Part shown: in pieces, positions 24,085 to 32,000 of the stretch
How positions within the stretch are numbered: the first letter of the stretch is position 1
How the letters are laid out: the number at the start of each line of letters is the position of its first letter
Origin: Rhodobacter capsulatus SB 1003
GTDB taxonomy: Bacteria > Pseudomonadota > Alphaproteobacteria > Rhodobacterales > Rhodobacteraceae
Reading direction: 5' to 3'
DNA: 32,000 nt
Assembly: GCF_000021865.1 (NCBI RefSeq)
Contig: NC_014034.1
Coordinates: 720,001-752,000, forward strand
Translations under genes and position numbers: made by a program
Notes under the pieces: model-generated
What the model was told of the DNA's origin: nothing
The model's input: the letters and a program-made list of their open reading frames with translations, nothing else
Databases searched by the model: none

Positions 24085-24615
24085 ATGGCCGAGGAGATGA
24101 TCCCCGCCTGGGTCGAGGGCGTGCTGCAACCCGTCGAGAAGCTGGAGGCCCACCGCAAGGGCCTGCGGCATCTGGCGATTTCGGTCTTCGTGACGCGCGG
24201 CAACAAGGTGCTTTTGCAGCAACGCGCGCTGTCGAAATATCACACGCCGGGGCTTTGGGCGAATACCTGCTGCACCCATCCCTATTGGGGCGAGGATGCG
24301 CCGACCTGCGCCGCCCGCCGTCTGGGGCAGGAGCTGGGCATCGTCGGGCTGAAGCTGCGCCACATGGGGCAGCTGGAATACCGCGCCGATGTGAACAACG
24401 GCATGATCGAGCATGAGGTGGTGGAGGTCTTCACCGCCGAAGCGCCCGAGGGGATCGAGCCGCAACCCGACCCCGAGGAAGTGGCCGATACCGAATGGGT
24501 GCGCATCGACGCGCTGCGCTCGGAGATCCACGCCAATCCGGAACGCTTCACGCCCTGGCTCAAGATCTATATCGAGCAGCACCGCGACATGATCTTTCCG
24601 CCGGTGACGGCCTGA
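24085..24615 (+). CDS. idi: Isopentenyl-diphosphate delta-isomerase, type 1 (Nudix; orf176)
   Basis: The ORF-track 180-aa ORF is trimmed to the ATG at 24085, 2 nt after the bchP TGA, giving 176 aa. It carries the IDI-1 blocks LRHLAISVFV, HTPGLWANTCCTHP and EHEVVEVF. Confidence 0.9.
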   Translation: MAEEMIPAWVEGVLQPVEKLEAHRKGLRHLAISVFVTRGNKVLLQQRALSKYHTPGLWANTCCTHPYWGEDAPTCAARRLGQELGIVGLKLRHMGQLEYRADVNNGMIEHEVVEVFTAEAPEGIEPQPDPEEVADTEWVRIDALRSEIHANPERFTPWLKIYIEQHRDMIFPPVTA

Positions 24616-24829
24616 GATTTCGCCCGGGGCGCGCTTGCGCCTCGGGCGACCCGCCGGGGGCTCCGCCCCCGGACCCCCGGGATATTTGGGGCAAGATGAA
24701 ATGAATGACTTTCCGTCTGCGGCGGTACAGCCTGTCCCACCCCTGCTTTTCCTTGGCAAAATACGCCGGGGGGTGCGGGGGGCGGAGCCCCCCGCGGGTC
24801 GCCTCGGGCCTGCCCGAGGCGAAATCTCA
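24613..24829. repeat. Imperfect inverted repeat with arms of about 85-90 nt filling the whole convergent idi/bchO intergenic region; likely a bidirectional terminator or REP/MITE-like element
   Basis: The left arm is TGAGATTTCGCC...GGCGACCCGCCGGGGGCTCCGCCCCCGGACCCCCGGGATATTTGGGGCAAG. The reverse complement of the right arm is TGAGATTTCGCC...GGCGACCCGCGGGGGGCTCCGCCCCCCGCACCCCCCGGCGTATTTTGCCAAG. Each arm also contains local hairpins, for example CGCCTCGGG-CCTG-CCCGAGGCG at about 24800-24821 and CCGGGGGC-TCC-GCCCCCGG at about 24654-24672. Confidence 0.6.
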
Positions 24830-25681
24830 CCCCTCGAGCCAGTCCAGAATCATCCCTGAAAGCCCATCCGCGGCAACCTCGTGGATCAGATGCCCGCCGT
24901 CGATCCGCCGTAGCGTCGCCATCGGCAGGAACCGCGCCGCATCGGCCGAGACATGGGCGGGCACCGCCCGGTCGCCATTGCCCGCGATCAGGAACACCGG
25001 TTTCGCGATCCGGGGCAGGGCGCCGATCAGCGGCCCCAACTCCCATTGCGCCATCATCCGCAGCCCGCCGTCCACATGTTCGGGGGTCTGGATCAGCGCG
25101 GTGTAATACGCCTTGCCCGCCGCGTCGATCACCGATCCGGTCATGTCAAGAAGCTGGCCGATCCGTTGCCGGGACGCCCCGAAGCGCGTCACCAAGGGCG
25201 CGGTGAAGGGCAGGGCAGCCAGACCCCGCGCCATCATCGGGAAGACCACCCCCGCCACGCCCTCGAAATGATCGAGCGCCGCGTTGATCCCCACCACCCG
25301 CGGCACCGGAGTGTCCAGCGCCAGTTGCAGCGCGATGGCGCCGCCCGCGGAATGGCCGATCACCGCGGCAGGCGTGACATTCAGATGCTGGCAGAGCTTC
25401 CACAGATCCTCGGCCATCGGTTTCAGGCCAAAGCGATTGCGCGCGGTCGAGCGCGAACAGCCATGCCCCGGCAGATCCGGCACGATCACCCGATAGCGCG
25501 CCGAAAGCCCCGGGATCATCTTGCGGAAACTGTGCCCGGAGGCGCCAAGCCCATGCAGCAAAAGCAACACCGGCCCGTCAGCCGGGCCGGTGTCGATCAC
25601 CCACCAGTCGATGGGCCCGACCCTGCGTCGCGCCGCCGCCGACCGATAGGGCCAGTTCGCCGGCAACGCGCGTGGGTCCAT
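24827..25681 (-). CDS. bchO: Alpha/beta-hydrolase BchO (orf284)
   Basis: ORF-track 284 aa with HGLGASGHSF and the nucleophile elbow GHSAGG. It begins 2 nt after the bchD stop. Confidence 0.85.
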   Translation of the reverse strand: MDPRALPANWPYRSAAARRRVGPIDWWVIDTGPADGPVLLLLHGLGASGHSFRKMIPGLSARYRVIVPDLPGHGCSRSTARNRFGLKPMAEDLWKLCQHLNVTPAAVIGHSAGGAIALQLALDTPVPRVVGINAALDHFEGVAGVVFPMMARGLAALPFTAPLVTRFGASRQRIGQLLDMTGSVIDAAGKAYYTALIQTPEHVDGGLRMMAQWELGPLIGALPRIAKPVFLIAGNGDRAVPAHVSADAARFLPMATLRRIDGGHLIHEVAADGLSGMILDWLEG

Positions 25682-25683
25682 CG

Positions 25684-27369
25684 TTACGCCTCCAGAGCCG
25701 CTCCCAGAACATCGGCCATCTTGTGCGCCGTCGCCCTTGGCAGGGCAATGTAATGGGCGTCCATGGTGCGGGCAAGGTCAACGAGCGCCGGATTGGGCCG
25801 CATCGCCGTGTCGATGATCACCGCGGGCATGCCGCTGGCGCGGATCGCCCGGGCGACCTTGGTCGCCTGTTCGCCCGCCAATTCCCGGTTCGCCGTGCCA
25901 TCCAGCGCGATATTGCCGCGCCCATCGGTCAGAAGCGCAATCGTCGGCGTCATGCCGCGCGAACGCGCCTGTTTCGCCGTCACCATCGCCATTTCCATCC
26001 CGCTCGCAAGCGGCGTGCCGCCCCCGCCCGGAAGGCCCTGCAGCTGCCGCTTCGTCTGCGTCAGCGAGCGGGACGGTTGCAGCAGCACCTGCGCCGCCGT
26101 GCCGCGGAAGGTGATCAGCGACACATGGTCCCGCGCCGCATAGGCCCGGCCCAGCAGCAGTTCCACCGCGCCCTTGGCCTCCGAGAGCCGCGCCACCGCC
26201 GCCGAGCCCGAGGCATCGACGGCAAAGATCAGCACGCGGTCGGACATTTCCTTGCGCCGCTTGATGTGGATGTCCGAGCTTTCGACCAGCAGCACCCGTT
26301 CGGTGCCCGCAGGCGCCTGACGCCGCCGCAGCCCCTGCCAGGGCGCGGCCGAGCGCAGGGTGGCCACCAGATCGATCTTGGCGTCATCCTCCAGCTTGCC
26401 CTTGCGCGAGGGCAGGGGGCGGCCGCGACGGTTGCCGATCTGCTCTTGCCCGGCGCCCTGACCGCCACTCGCAGCCCGCAACCGGCTGCCCATGTTCAGC
26501 GTTTGCAAGATGTTGTCGGGCAGCATCGCGCGGACAGCCTCGACCACGATCTCGGGCGGGATGCCGTCGAGCGGGTCGATCTGATCCTGCTCGTCCTGCT
26601 GGTTCTCGCCCTCGTTCGGCTCTGGCGGTTCCGGCGGCGGCGGAGGGGGCGGCGGCGCCTCTTGCAACGGCAGCGCCCGATGCGCCAGCGTCAGTTCGGC
26701 GGCATGCAGAACGTCCTCGGCCTCGACCCTGGTGCGGCCCGAAAGCGCGGTCAGGATCCGCGCCGCGGTCAGCGCCAGCATCGGCGCACGCAGGCTGGAG
26801 ATGCCCAGCTGGCGACAGCCCTCGACAATCTCGCTCACCCGTTCGGCGGGCATCTGCACCTGCGGCAACAGTTCGCGGGCGCGTTCGATCTGCGCGGTCT
26901 CGGGCAAAAGCCCCGGCCCGTCGATCGACCGCACTTCGGAGAGATCGACGAAAAGCCCGAGCCGGTCGGCCACCGCATGCGGCAAGGCCTCGTCCGGTTC
27001 GGCGGCTTCATCGAGCGCAATCAGCGCATGTTGGCGCAGATCGAGCGCCTGTGCCAGCCGCGCGCCCAGCTTCGCCGTGCAGCGTTCGGCCATCGGCAGG
27101 ATGAAGACGCTCGGCCGGTCCAGCAGCCCGCCTTTCAGGACGGGCTTGCCGGAATGCAGCGTCTCGGCGACGTCAAGGCCACCGTAAAGCGCGCCATCGT
27201 CCACGTTCGGCGGCAGACGGCGCAGCGCCATCGGGAAGGGCAGCTTGGCCAGCGTGTCGGTGAAGGCCAGCCGAATGGGACCCGCGCGCGAGCGCAGCCA
27301 CAATCCGCCGACCGCGGCGGGGTCGACCGTCAGCACCGCAAGGGCCGACTTCAGGCGTTCGTGGTCCAT
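25684..27369 (-). CDS. bchD: Mg-chelatase D subunit (AAA+-like N-domain, Pro/acidic linker, vWA/MIDAS C-domain)
   Basis: The ORF-track 581-aa ORF is trimmed to the ATG at 27369 (MDHERLKSALAVLTVDPAAVGGLWLRS...), giving 561 aa. The linker is EAPPPPPPPPEPPEPNEGENQQDEQDQ and the MIDAS motif is VDASGS. It begins 1 nt after the bchI TAA. Confidence 0.95.
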   Translation of the reverse strand: MDHERLKSALAVLTVDPAAVGGLWLRSRAGPIRLAFTDTLAKLPFPMALRRLPPNVDDGALYGGLDVAETLHSGKPVLKGGLLDRPSVFILPMAERCTAKLGARLAQALDLRQHALIALDEAAEPDEALPHAVADRLGLFVDLSEVRSIDGPGLLPETAQIERARELLPQVQMPAERVSEIVEGCRQLGISSLRAPMLALTAARILTALSGRTRVEAEDVLHAAELTLAHRALPLQEAPPPPPPPPEPPEPNEGENQQDEQDQIDPLDGIPPEIVVEAVRAMLPDNILQTLNMGSRLRAASGGQGAGQEQIGNRRGRPLPSRKGKLEDDAKIDLVATLRSAAPWQGLRRRQAPAGTERVLLVESSDIHIKRRKEMSDRVLIFAVDASGSAAVARLSEAKGAVELLLGRAYAARDHVSLITFRGTAAQVLLQPSRSLTQTKRQLQGLPGGGGTPLASGMEMAMVTAKQARSRGMTPTIALLTDGRGNIALDGTANRELAGEQATKVARAIRASGMPAVIIDTAMRPNPALVDLARTMDAHYIALPRATAHKMADVLGAALEA

Positions 27370-27370
27370 G

Positions 27371-28423
27371 TTACGGCAACGTTTCTTCGACCGTCCGGGC
27401 CACGCGGGCCGTCGAGCCGGCTTCATCAAGGGGATCGCGGCGCAGACGGTGCGACAGCGCCATCGTTGCCACCCGCTTCAGGTGATCGCGACCGACCGCG
27501 GTTGCCCCTTCCAGCGCCGCAAGGGCACGGGCCGATCGCAGAAGCGTCAGCTCGCCCCGCAGACCGTCGGACCCCAGCGCGATGCAAAGCGCGGCGCAGT
27601 CATAAAGCGCGGTGTTCGGCGCCTCGACCTTCGGCAGACGTTCACGCGCTTCCAGAATCTGGTTGCGGATGTCCATGTCCTTGGGCCGCCATTCTTCCAG
27701 AAAGGCTTTCGGATCTGCGTCATAGGTGTCGCGGCGACGGATCACCTCGACCCGGGTTTCGACGTCGCGGGGCGACAGAACCTCGACCGAGAGGCCGAAA
27801 CGGTCCAGAAGCTGCGGCCGCAGGTCGCCCTCTTCCGGGTTGCCCGAGCCGACCAGAACGAAACGGGCGGGGTGACGGATCGAGAGGCCGTCGCGTTCCA
27901 CCACGTTCTCGCCCGATTGCGCCACGTCGAGCAGAAGATCGACGATGTGATCTTCCAGCAGGTTGCATTCGTCGATGTAAAGGTAACCGCGGTTGGCCCG
28001 GGCCAGAAGGCCCGGTTCAAACGCCTTTTCCCCTTTCGAGATCGCGCGCTCGATATCCAGCGCCCCCACCACGCGGTCTTCCGACACGCCGAGCGGCAGA
28101 TCGACGACCGGGGTCGGCTTGCGGATCACGTTGGTCGAAAGCACGGTCGCCCAATCGGGGATCATCTCGACATTGGGCGAGGACACCGGGCAGCCCTCGA
28201 CCGCCTCGATTTCGGGCAAAAGCGCCGCCAGCGCCCGCACCGCGGTCGATTTGCCGGTGCCGCGGTCACCAAAGACCAGAACGCCGCCGATGCCGGGATC
28301 GACCGCGGTCAACAGCAGCGCCAGTTTCATGTCTTCCTGACCGACGATGGCAGAAAAGGGAAAGACGGGTCTCGTCTTCGCGCCCGAAGCAGAGGGTTGA
28401 AGTCGAGCGACGGCGGTAGTCAT
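27371..28423 (-). CDS. bchI: Mg-chelatase I subunit (AAA+ ATPase)
   Basis: The ORF-track 385-aa ORF is trimmed to the ATG at 28423 (MTTAVARLQPSASGAKTRPVFPFSAIVGQEDMK...), giving 350 aa. The Walker A motif is GDRGTGKST. Its ATG overlaps the crtA stop (ATGA). Confidence 0.95.
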   Translation of the reverse strand: MTTAVARLQPSASGAKTRPVFPFSAIVGQEDMKLALLLTAVDPGIGGVLVFGDRGTGKSTAVRALAALLPEIEAVEGCPVSSPNVEMIPDWATVLSTNVIRKPTPVVDLPLGVSEDRVVGALDIERAISKGEKAFEPGLLARANRGYLYIDECNLLEDHIVDLLLDVAQSGENVVERDGLSIRHPARFVLVGSGNPEEGDLRPQLLDRFGLSVEVLSPRDVETRVEVIRRRDTYDADPKAFLEEWRPKDMDIRNQILEARERLPKVEAPNTALYDCAALCIALGSDGLRGELTLLRSARALAALEGATAVGRDHLKRVATMALSHRLRRDPLDEAGSTARVARTVEETLP

Positions 28424-29145
28424 GCAGTTTCCCTTTCCAAGACTTTGCTGGCGAGCGGGTCCTTGCCCATCCAGCTTCCCTCGGTCCCAAGCAAACGGAA
28501 CCGGGCATAGAGTTCTTCGGTGAACCAACCTTCTTCACGCGCAGCACGGATGGCCTTGCCATGCGGCGTGTCGCCGCGGGCGAAGGCGTTCATCTTTGCC
28601 ACATCCGGCCAGATCGAGAAAGTCACTTGATGGAAAAGGGGAATTTCCCCGATCCCGATCTTGAACATCAGGTTCTGATCCTCGCCGACTTTCTCGGAAA
28701 TCTTCGGCACGCGCGACCAGAAGGCATTGGCCTTGTGCGGCTTGATCGCGGCGCGGGTCAGCGCCACCACGGGCTCGTCCGGGCTTGGCTCGGCCACCTG
28801 TTCGGGCAGGAACGGATTGACGCCGCCCCAGGTGCCGCGCGCCGAAAGCGGCTGCAGATGCAGCACCAGCGTTTCCGCCGCATGCGCCCGCCAGCGCTTC
28901 CAGACCGGGTGGTTCGCGGTCACGTCGCGGGCATCGGCCTCGGTGTCGAAAGCCGCCATGATCGCCCAGACGCGCCAGTTCGGCTTCGGCGTGAAGCCCT
29001 CGCCGGTGCCCGATCCGCACAGTTTGTAGAACTTCACCCGCGGCTCGTCGTTCAGGGGGCGGCGGGACAGGATCATCTGGCTGATGACCCAGGGCAGCGA
29101 GCTTGTGCCGTCGAAACGGAACAGGCTGAGTGAGGCGACAGGCAT
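28420..29145 (-). CDS. crtA: Spheroidene monooxygenase
   Basis: ORF-track 241 aa. Its position (divergent from crtI, upstream of bchI) and sequence (MPVASLSLFRFDG...) match CrtA. A strong GGGGAGGA RBS lies upstream. Confidence 0.9.
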   Translation of the reverse strand: MPVASLSLFRFDGTSSLPWVISQMILSRRPLNDEPRVKFYKLCGSGTGEGFTPKPNWRVWAIMAAFDTEADARDVTANHPVWKRWRAHAAETLVLHLQPLSARGTWGGVNPFLPEQVAEPSPDEPVVALTRAAIKPHKANAFWSRVPKISEKVGEDQNLMFKIGIGEIPLFHQVTFSIWPDVAKMNAFARGDTPHGKAIRAAREEGWFTEELYARFRLLGTEGSWMGKDPLASKVLERETA

Positions 29146-29165
29146 CTACGTCCTCCCCTGTGATG

Positions 29166-29183
29166 TGTAACGGGATATTTACA
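29166..29183. promoter_or_regulatory. CrtJ/PpsR-type operator TGTAACGGGATATTTACA in the crtA/crtI divergent region
   Basis: A perfect TGT-N12-ACA, 21-38 nt upstream of the crtA ATG. A degenerate copy TGTAAATCGGAATTGACG lies at 29242-29259 on the crtI side, 76 bp centre to centre. Confidence 0.6.
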
Positions 29184-29302
29184 TCTGGGTCCCTTGTAAT
29201 GGAAGGCCTCAGACGTTTTGTCGCGAGACAGCGTCGACAGTTGTAAATCGGAATTGACGACCTATCATCCCCCCAATGCAACCTGAAACTACCGAAGAAA
29301 CC

Positions 29303-30877
29303 ATGTCCAAGAACACAGAAGGTATGGGTCGCGCCGTTGTCATCGGTGCCGGCCTTGGCGGTCTTGCTGCAGCGATGCGGCTGGGCGCAAAAGGTTACAA
29401 GGTGACGGTCGTCGATCGTCTGGATCGGCCCGGCGGGCGTGGCTCTTCGATCACCAAGGGCGGGCATCGATTCGACCTTGGGCCGACGATCGTGACGGTG
29501 CCCGACCGGCTGCGCGAGCTTTGGGCCGATTGCGGGCGCGATTTCGACAAGGACGTGAGCCTTGTGCCGATGGAGCCCTTCTACACCATCGATTTCCCCG
29601 ATGGCGAGAAATACACCGCTTACGGCGATGACGCCAAGGTCAAGGCCGAGGTGGCGCGGATCAGCCCCGGCGATGTCGAGGGCTTCCGCCATTTCATGTG
29701 GGACGCCAAGGCCCGTTATGAATTCGGCTATGAAAACCTCGGCCGCAAGCCGATGAGCAAGCTGTGGGACCTGATCAAGGTTCTGCCGACTTTCGGCTGG
29801 CTGCGCGCCGACCGCTCGGTCTATGGCCATGCCAAGAAGATGGTGAAGGACGACCACCTGCGCTTCGCGCTGTCGTTCCATCCGCTTTTCATCGGCGGCG
29901 ACCCCTTCCATGTGACGTCGATGTATATCCTCGTCAGCCAGCTCGAAAAGAAATTCGGCGTGCATTACGCGATCGGCGGCGTGCAGGCGATTGCCGATGC
30001 GATGGCCAAGGTGATCACCGATCAGGGCGGCGAGATGCGCCTGAACACCGAGGTCGACGAGATCCTGGTCTCGCGTGACGGCAAGGCCACGGGCATCCGG
30101 CTGATGGACGGCACCGAGCTTCCGGCGCAGGTTGTCGTCTCGAACGCCGATGCGGGCCACACCTACAAGCGTCTCTTGCGCAACCGCGACCGCTGGCGCT
30201 GGACCGACGAGAAGCTCGACAAGAAGCGCTGGTCGATGGGGCTTTTCGTCTGGTATTTCGGCACCAAGGGTACGGCCAAGATGTGGAAGGATGTGGGTCA
30301 CCACACCGTCGTCGTCGGGCCGCGCTACAAGGAACATGTGCAGGACATCTTCATCAAGGGCGAGCTGGCCGAGGACATGAGCCTTTATGTCCACCGTCCC
30401 TCGGTCACTGATCCGACCGCGGCGCCGAAAGGCGACGACACCTTCTACGTGCTTTCGCCGGTGCCGAACCTCGGCTTCGACAATGGCGTGGACTGGTCGG
30501 TCGAGGCCGAGAAATACAAGGCCAAGGTGCTGAAAGTGATCGAGGAACGGCTGCTTCCGGGGGTTGCCGAAAAGATCACCGAGGAAGTGGTCTTCACGCC
30601 GGAAACCTTCCGCGACCGTTATCTCTCGCCGCTGGGCGCGGGCTTCTCGCTGGAACCGCGGATCCTGCAATCGGCCTGGTTCCGCCCGCATAACGCCTCG
30701 GAAGAGGTGGACGGGCTTTATCTGGTCGGCGCGGGCACCCATCCGGGCGCCGGTGTGCCCTCGGTGATCGGCTCGGGCGAGCTTGTCGCGCAGATGATCC
30801 CGGATGCGCCGAAGCCCGAGACCCCCGCGGCGGCTGCGCCCAAGGCCCGGACGCCCCGGGCCAAGGCGGCGCAATGA
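29303..30877 (+). CDS. crtI: Phytoene desaturase (neurosporene-forming)
   Basis: The ORF-track 533-aa ORF is trimmed to the ATG at 29303 (MSKNTEGMGRAVVIGAGLGGLAAAMRLG...), giving 524 aa. It has an FAD-binding GxGxxG motif. Confidence 0.95.
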   Translation: MSKNTEGMGRAVVIGAGLGGLAAAMRLGAKGYKVTVVDRLDRPGGRGSSITKGGHRFDLGPTIVTVPDRLRELWADCGRDFDKDVSLVPMEPFYTIDFPDGEKYTAYGDDAKVKAEVARISPGDVEGFRHFMWDAKARYEFGYENLGRKPMSKLWDLIKVLPTFGWLRADRSVYGHAKKMVKDDHLRFALSFHPLFIGGDPFHVTSMYILVSQLEKKFGVHYAIGGVQAIADAMAKVITDQGGEMRLNTEVDEILVSRDGKATGIRLMDGTELPAQVVVSNADAGHTYKRLLRNRDRWRWTDEKLDKKRWSMGLFVWYFGTKGTAKMWKDVGHHTVVVGPRYKEHVQDIFIKGELAEDMSLYVHRPSVTDPTAAPKGDDTFYVLSPVPNLGFDNGVDWSVEAEKYKAKVLKVIEERLLPGVAEKITEEVVFTPETFRDRYLSPLGAGFSLEPRILQSAWFRPHNASEEVDGLYLVGAGTHPGAGVPSVIGSGELVAQMIPDAPKPETPAAAAPKARTPRAKAAQ

Positions 30878-31893
30878 TCGCCGAAGCGGATATGGAGGTC
30901 TGCCGGGAGCTGATCCGCACCGGCAGCTACTCCTTCCATGCGGCGTCCAGAGTTCTGCCGGCGCGGGTCCGTGACCCCGCGCTGGCGCTTTACGCCTTTT
31001 GCCGCGTCGCCGATGACGAAGTCGACGAGGTTGGCGCGCCGCGCGACAAGGCTGCGGCGGTTTTGAAACTTGGCGACCGGCTGGAGGACATCTATGCCGG
31101 TCGTCCGCGCAATGCGCCCTCGGATCGGGCTTTCGCGGCGGTGGTCGAGGAATTCGAGATGCCGCGCGAATTGCCCGAGGCGCTGCTGGAGGGCTTCGCC
31201 TGGGATGCCGAGGGGCGGTGGTATCACACGCTTTCGGACGTGCAGGCCTATTCGGCGCGGGTGGCGGCCGCCGTCGGCGCGATGATGTGCGTGCTGATGC
31301 GGGTGCGCAACCCCGATGCGCTGGCGCGGGCCTGCGATCTCGGTCTTGCCATGCAGATGTCGAACATCGCCCGCGACGTGGGCGAGGATGCCCGGGCGGG
31401 GCGGCTTTTCCTGCCGACCGACTGGATGGTCGAGGAGGGGATCGATCCGCAGGCGTTCCTGGCCGATCCGCAGCCCACCAAGGGCATCCGCCGGGTCACC
31501 GAGCGGTTGCTGAACCGCGCCGACCGGCTTTACTGGCGGGCGGCGACGGGGGTGCGGCTTTTGCCCTTTGACTGCCGACCGGGGATCATGGCCGCGGGCA
31601 AGATCTATGCCGCGATCGGGGCCGAGGTGGCGAAGGCGAAATACGACAACATCACCCGGCGTGCCCACACGACCAAGGGCCGCAAGCTGTGGCTGGTGGC
31701 GAATTCCGCGATGTCGGCGACGGCGACCTCGATGCTGCCGCTCTCGCCGCGGGTGCATGCCAAGCCCGAGCCCGAAGTGGCGCATCTGGTCGATGCCGCC
31801 GCGCATCGCAACCTGCATCCCGAACGGTCCGAGGTGCTGATCTCGGCGCTGATGGCGCTGAAGGCGCGCGACCGCGGCCTGGCGATGGATTGA
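30874..31893 (+). CDS. crtB: Phytoene synthase
   Basis: ORF-track 339 aa with Asp-rich motifs RVADDEVD and ARDVGED. Its ATG overlaps the crtI stop (ATGA). Confidence 0.95.
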   Translation: MIAEADMEVCRELIRTGSYSFHAASRVLPARVRDPALALYAFCRVADDEVDEVGAPRDKAAAVLKLGDRLEDIYAGRPRNAPSDRAFAAVVEEFEMPRELPEALLEGFAWDAEGRWYHTLSDVQAYSARVAAAVGAMMCVLMRVRNPDALARACDLGLAMQMSNIARDVGEDARAGRLFLPTDWMVEEGIDPQAFLADPQPTKGIRRVTERLLNRADRLYWRAATGVRLLPFDCRPGIMAAGKIYAAIGAEVAKAKYDNITRRAHTTKGRKLWLVANSAMSATATSMLPLSPRVHAKPEPEVAHLVDAAAHRNLHPERSEVLISALMALKARDRGLAMD

Positions 31894-31965
31894 GGCCGCG
31901 ACGGTTCGTCACTGGACGTGCGCGCGCCCCGGGTCCACAACGGGGCGTGTCCACAACCGGAGGCC

Positions 31966-32000
31966 ATGATGAGCCTGACTCTCTTTGCCGTCTATTTCGT
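31966..32000 (+). CDS. tspO: TspO/CrtK tryptophan-rich sensory protein, first ~11 codons only
   Basis: ATGATG at 31966-31971 is preceded by GGAGG (31958-31962) and reads MMSLTLFAVYF..., which is hydrophobic. Its position after crtB matches crtK/tspO in known clusters. The fragment is very short, so the identification rests mostly on synteny. Confidence 0.55.
   Translation, partial: MMSLTLFAVYF

Noticed and set aside
26590-26670. GGC/GGN-rich repeat DNA inside bchD
   Set aside because: It encodes the known poly-Pro/acidic linker (PPPPPPPPEPPEP...) between the AAA+-like and vWA domains of Mg-chelatase D subunits, so it is not an independent element.
25672-28419. 915-aa plus-strand ORF antisense to bchD/bchI. 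Similar cases are 28535-30874 (779 aa, minus), 15719-17896 (725 aa, minus), 310-2079 (589 aa, plus) and 22889-24073 (394 aa, minus).
   Set aside because: All are antisense to genes with clear catalytic motifs, are Arg/Pro/Gly/Ala-rich, and lack RBS or synteny support. I judge them non-coding.

Overview
This high-GC alphaproteobacterial DNA is the core of a Rhodobacter capsulatus-type photosynthesis gene cluster. After trimming GC-shadow N-terminal extensions, ORF lengths match the historical R. capsulatus ORF names (orf162a, orf274, orf55, orf162b, orf214, orf477, orf469, orf428, orf176, orf284). Gene order, minus strand: ABC1 kinase (partial) <- NifX-like/His-Cys-Gly-tail protein <- orf162a <- puhE <- orf55 <- puhC <- puhB <- puhA <- lhaA <- bchM <- bchL <- bchH <- bchB <- bchN <- bchF. 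Then plus strand: aerR -> crtJ -> bchE -> bchJ -> bchG -> orf428 -> bchP -> idi. Then minus strand: bchO <- bchD <- bchI <- crtA. Then plus strand: crtI -> crtB -> tspO (first codons only). Genes are tightly packed, and many junctions are 4-nt ATGA stop/start overlaps. I saw no rRNA, tRNA, CRISPR array, transposase or integrase. Three perfect CrtJ/PpsR-type TGT-N12-ACA palindromes lie in the bchF, bchE and crtA/crtI control regions. I do not find a convincing undescribed multi-gene system, because this is a well-studied locus. Seven items deserve a second look. (1) A NifX-like domain is fused to a Cys/His/Gly-rich tail and tightly linked, with an ABC1 kinase, to the distal end of the puh operon. 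(2) A symmetric inverted repeat of about 215 bp fills the convergent idi/bchO junction and begins exactly at both stop codons. (3) The crtJ-bchE spacer is unusually long (about 560 bp) and carries paired hairpins, a recurring CTTTTCC motif and 10-bp-phased TCAA repeats. (4) The 55-codon orf55 is translationally coupled on both sides. (5) The bchF/aerR divergent region holds palindromes and a C9 tract. (6) aerR has atypical codon composition and nested in-frame starts. (7) A perfect 15-bp palindrome lies upstream of orf162a. All family assignments come from motif recognition by eye, with no searches run.
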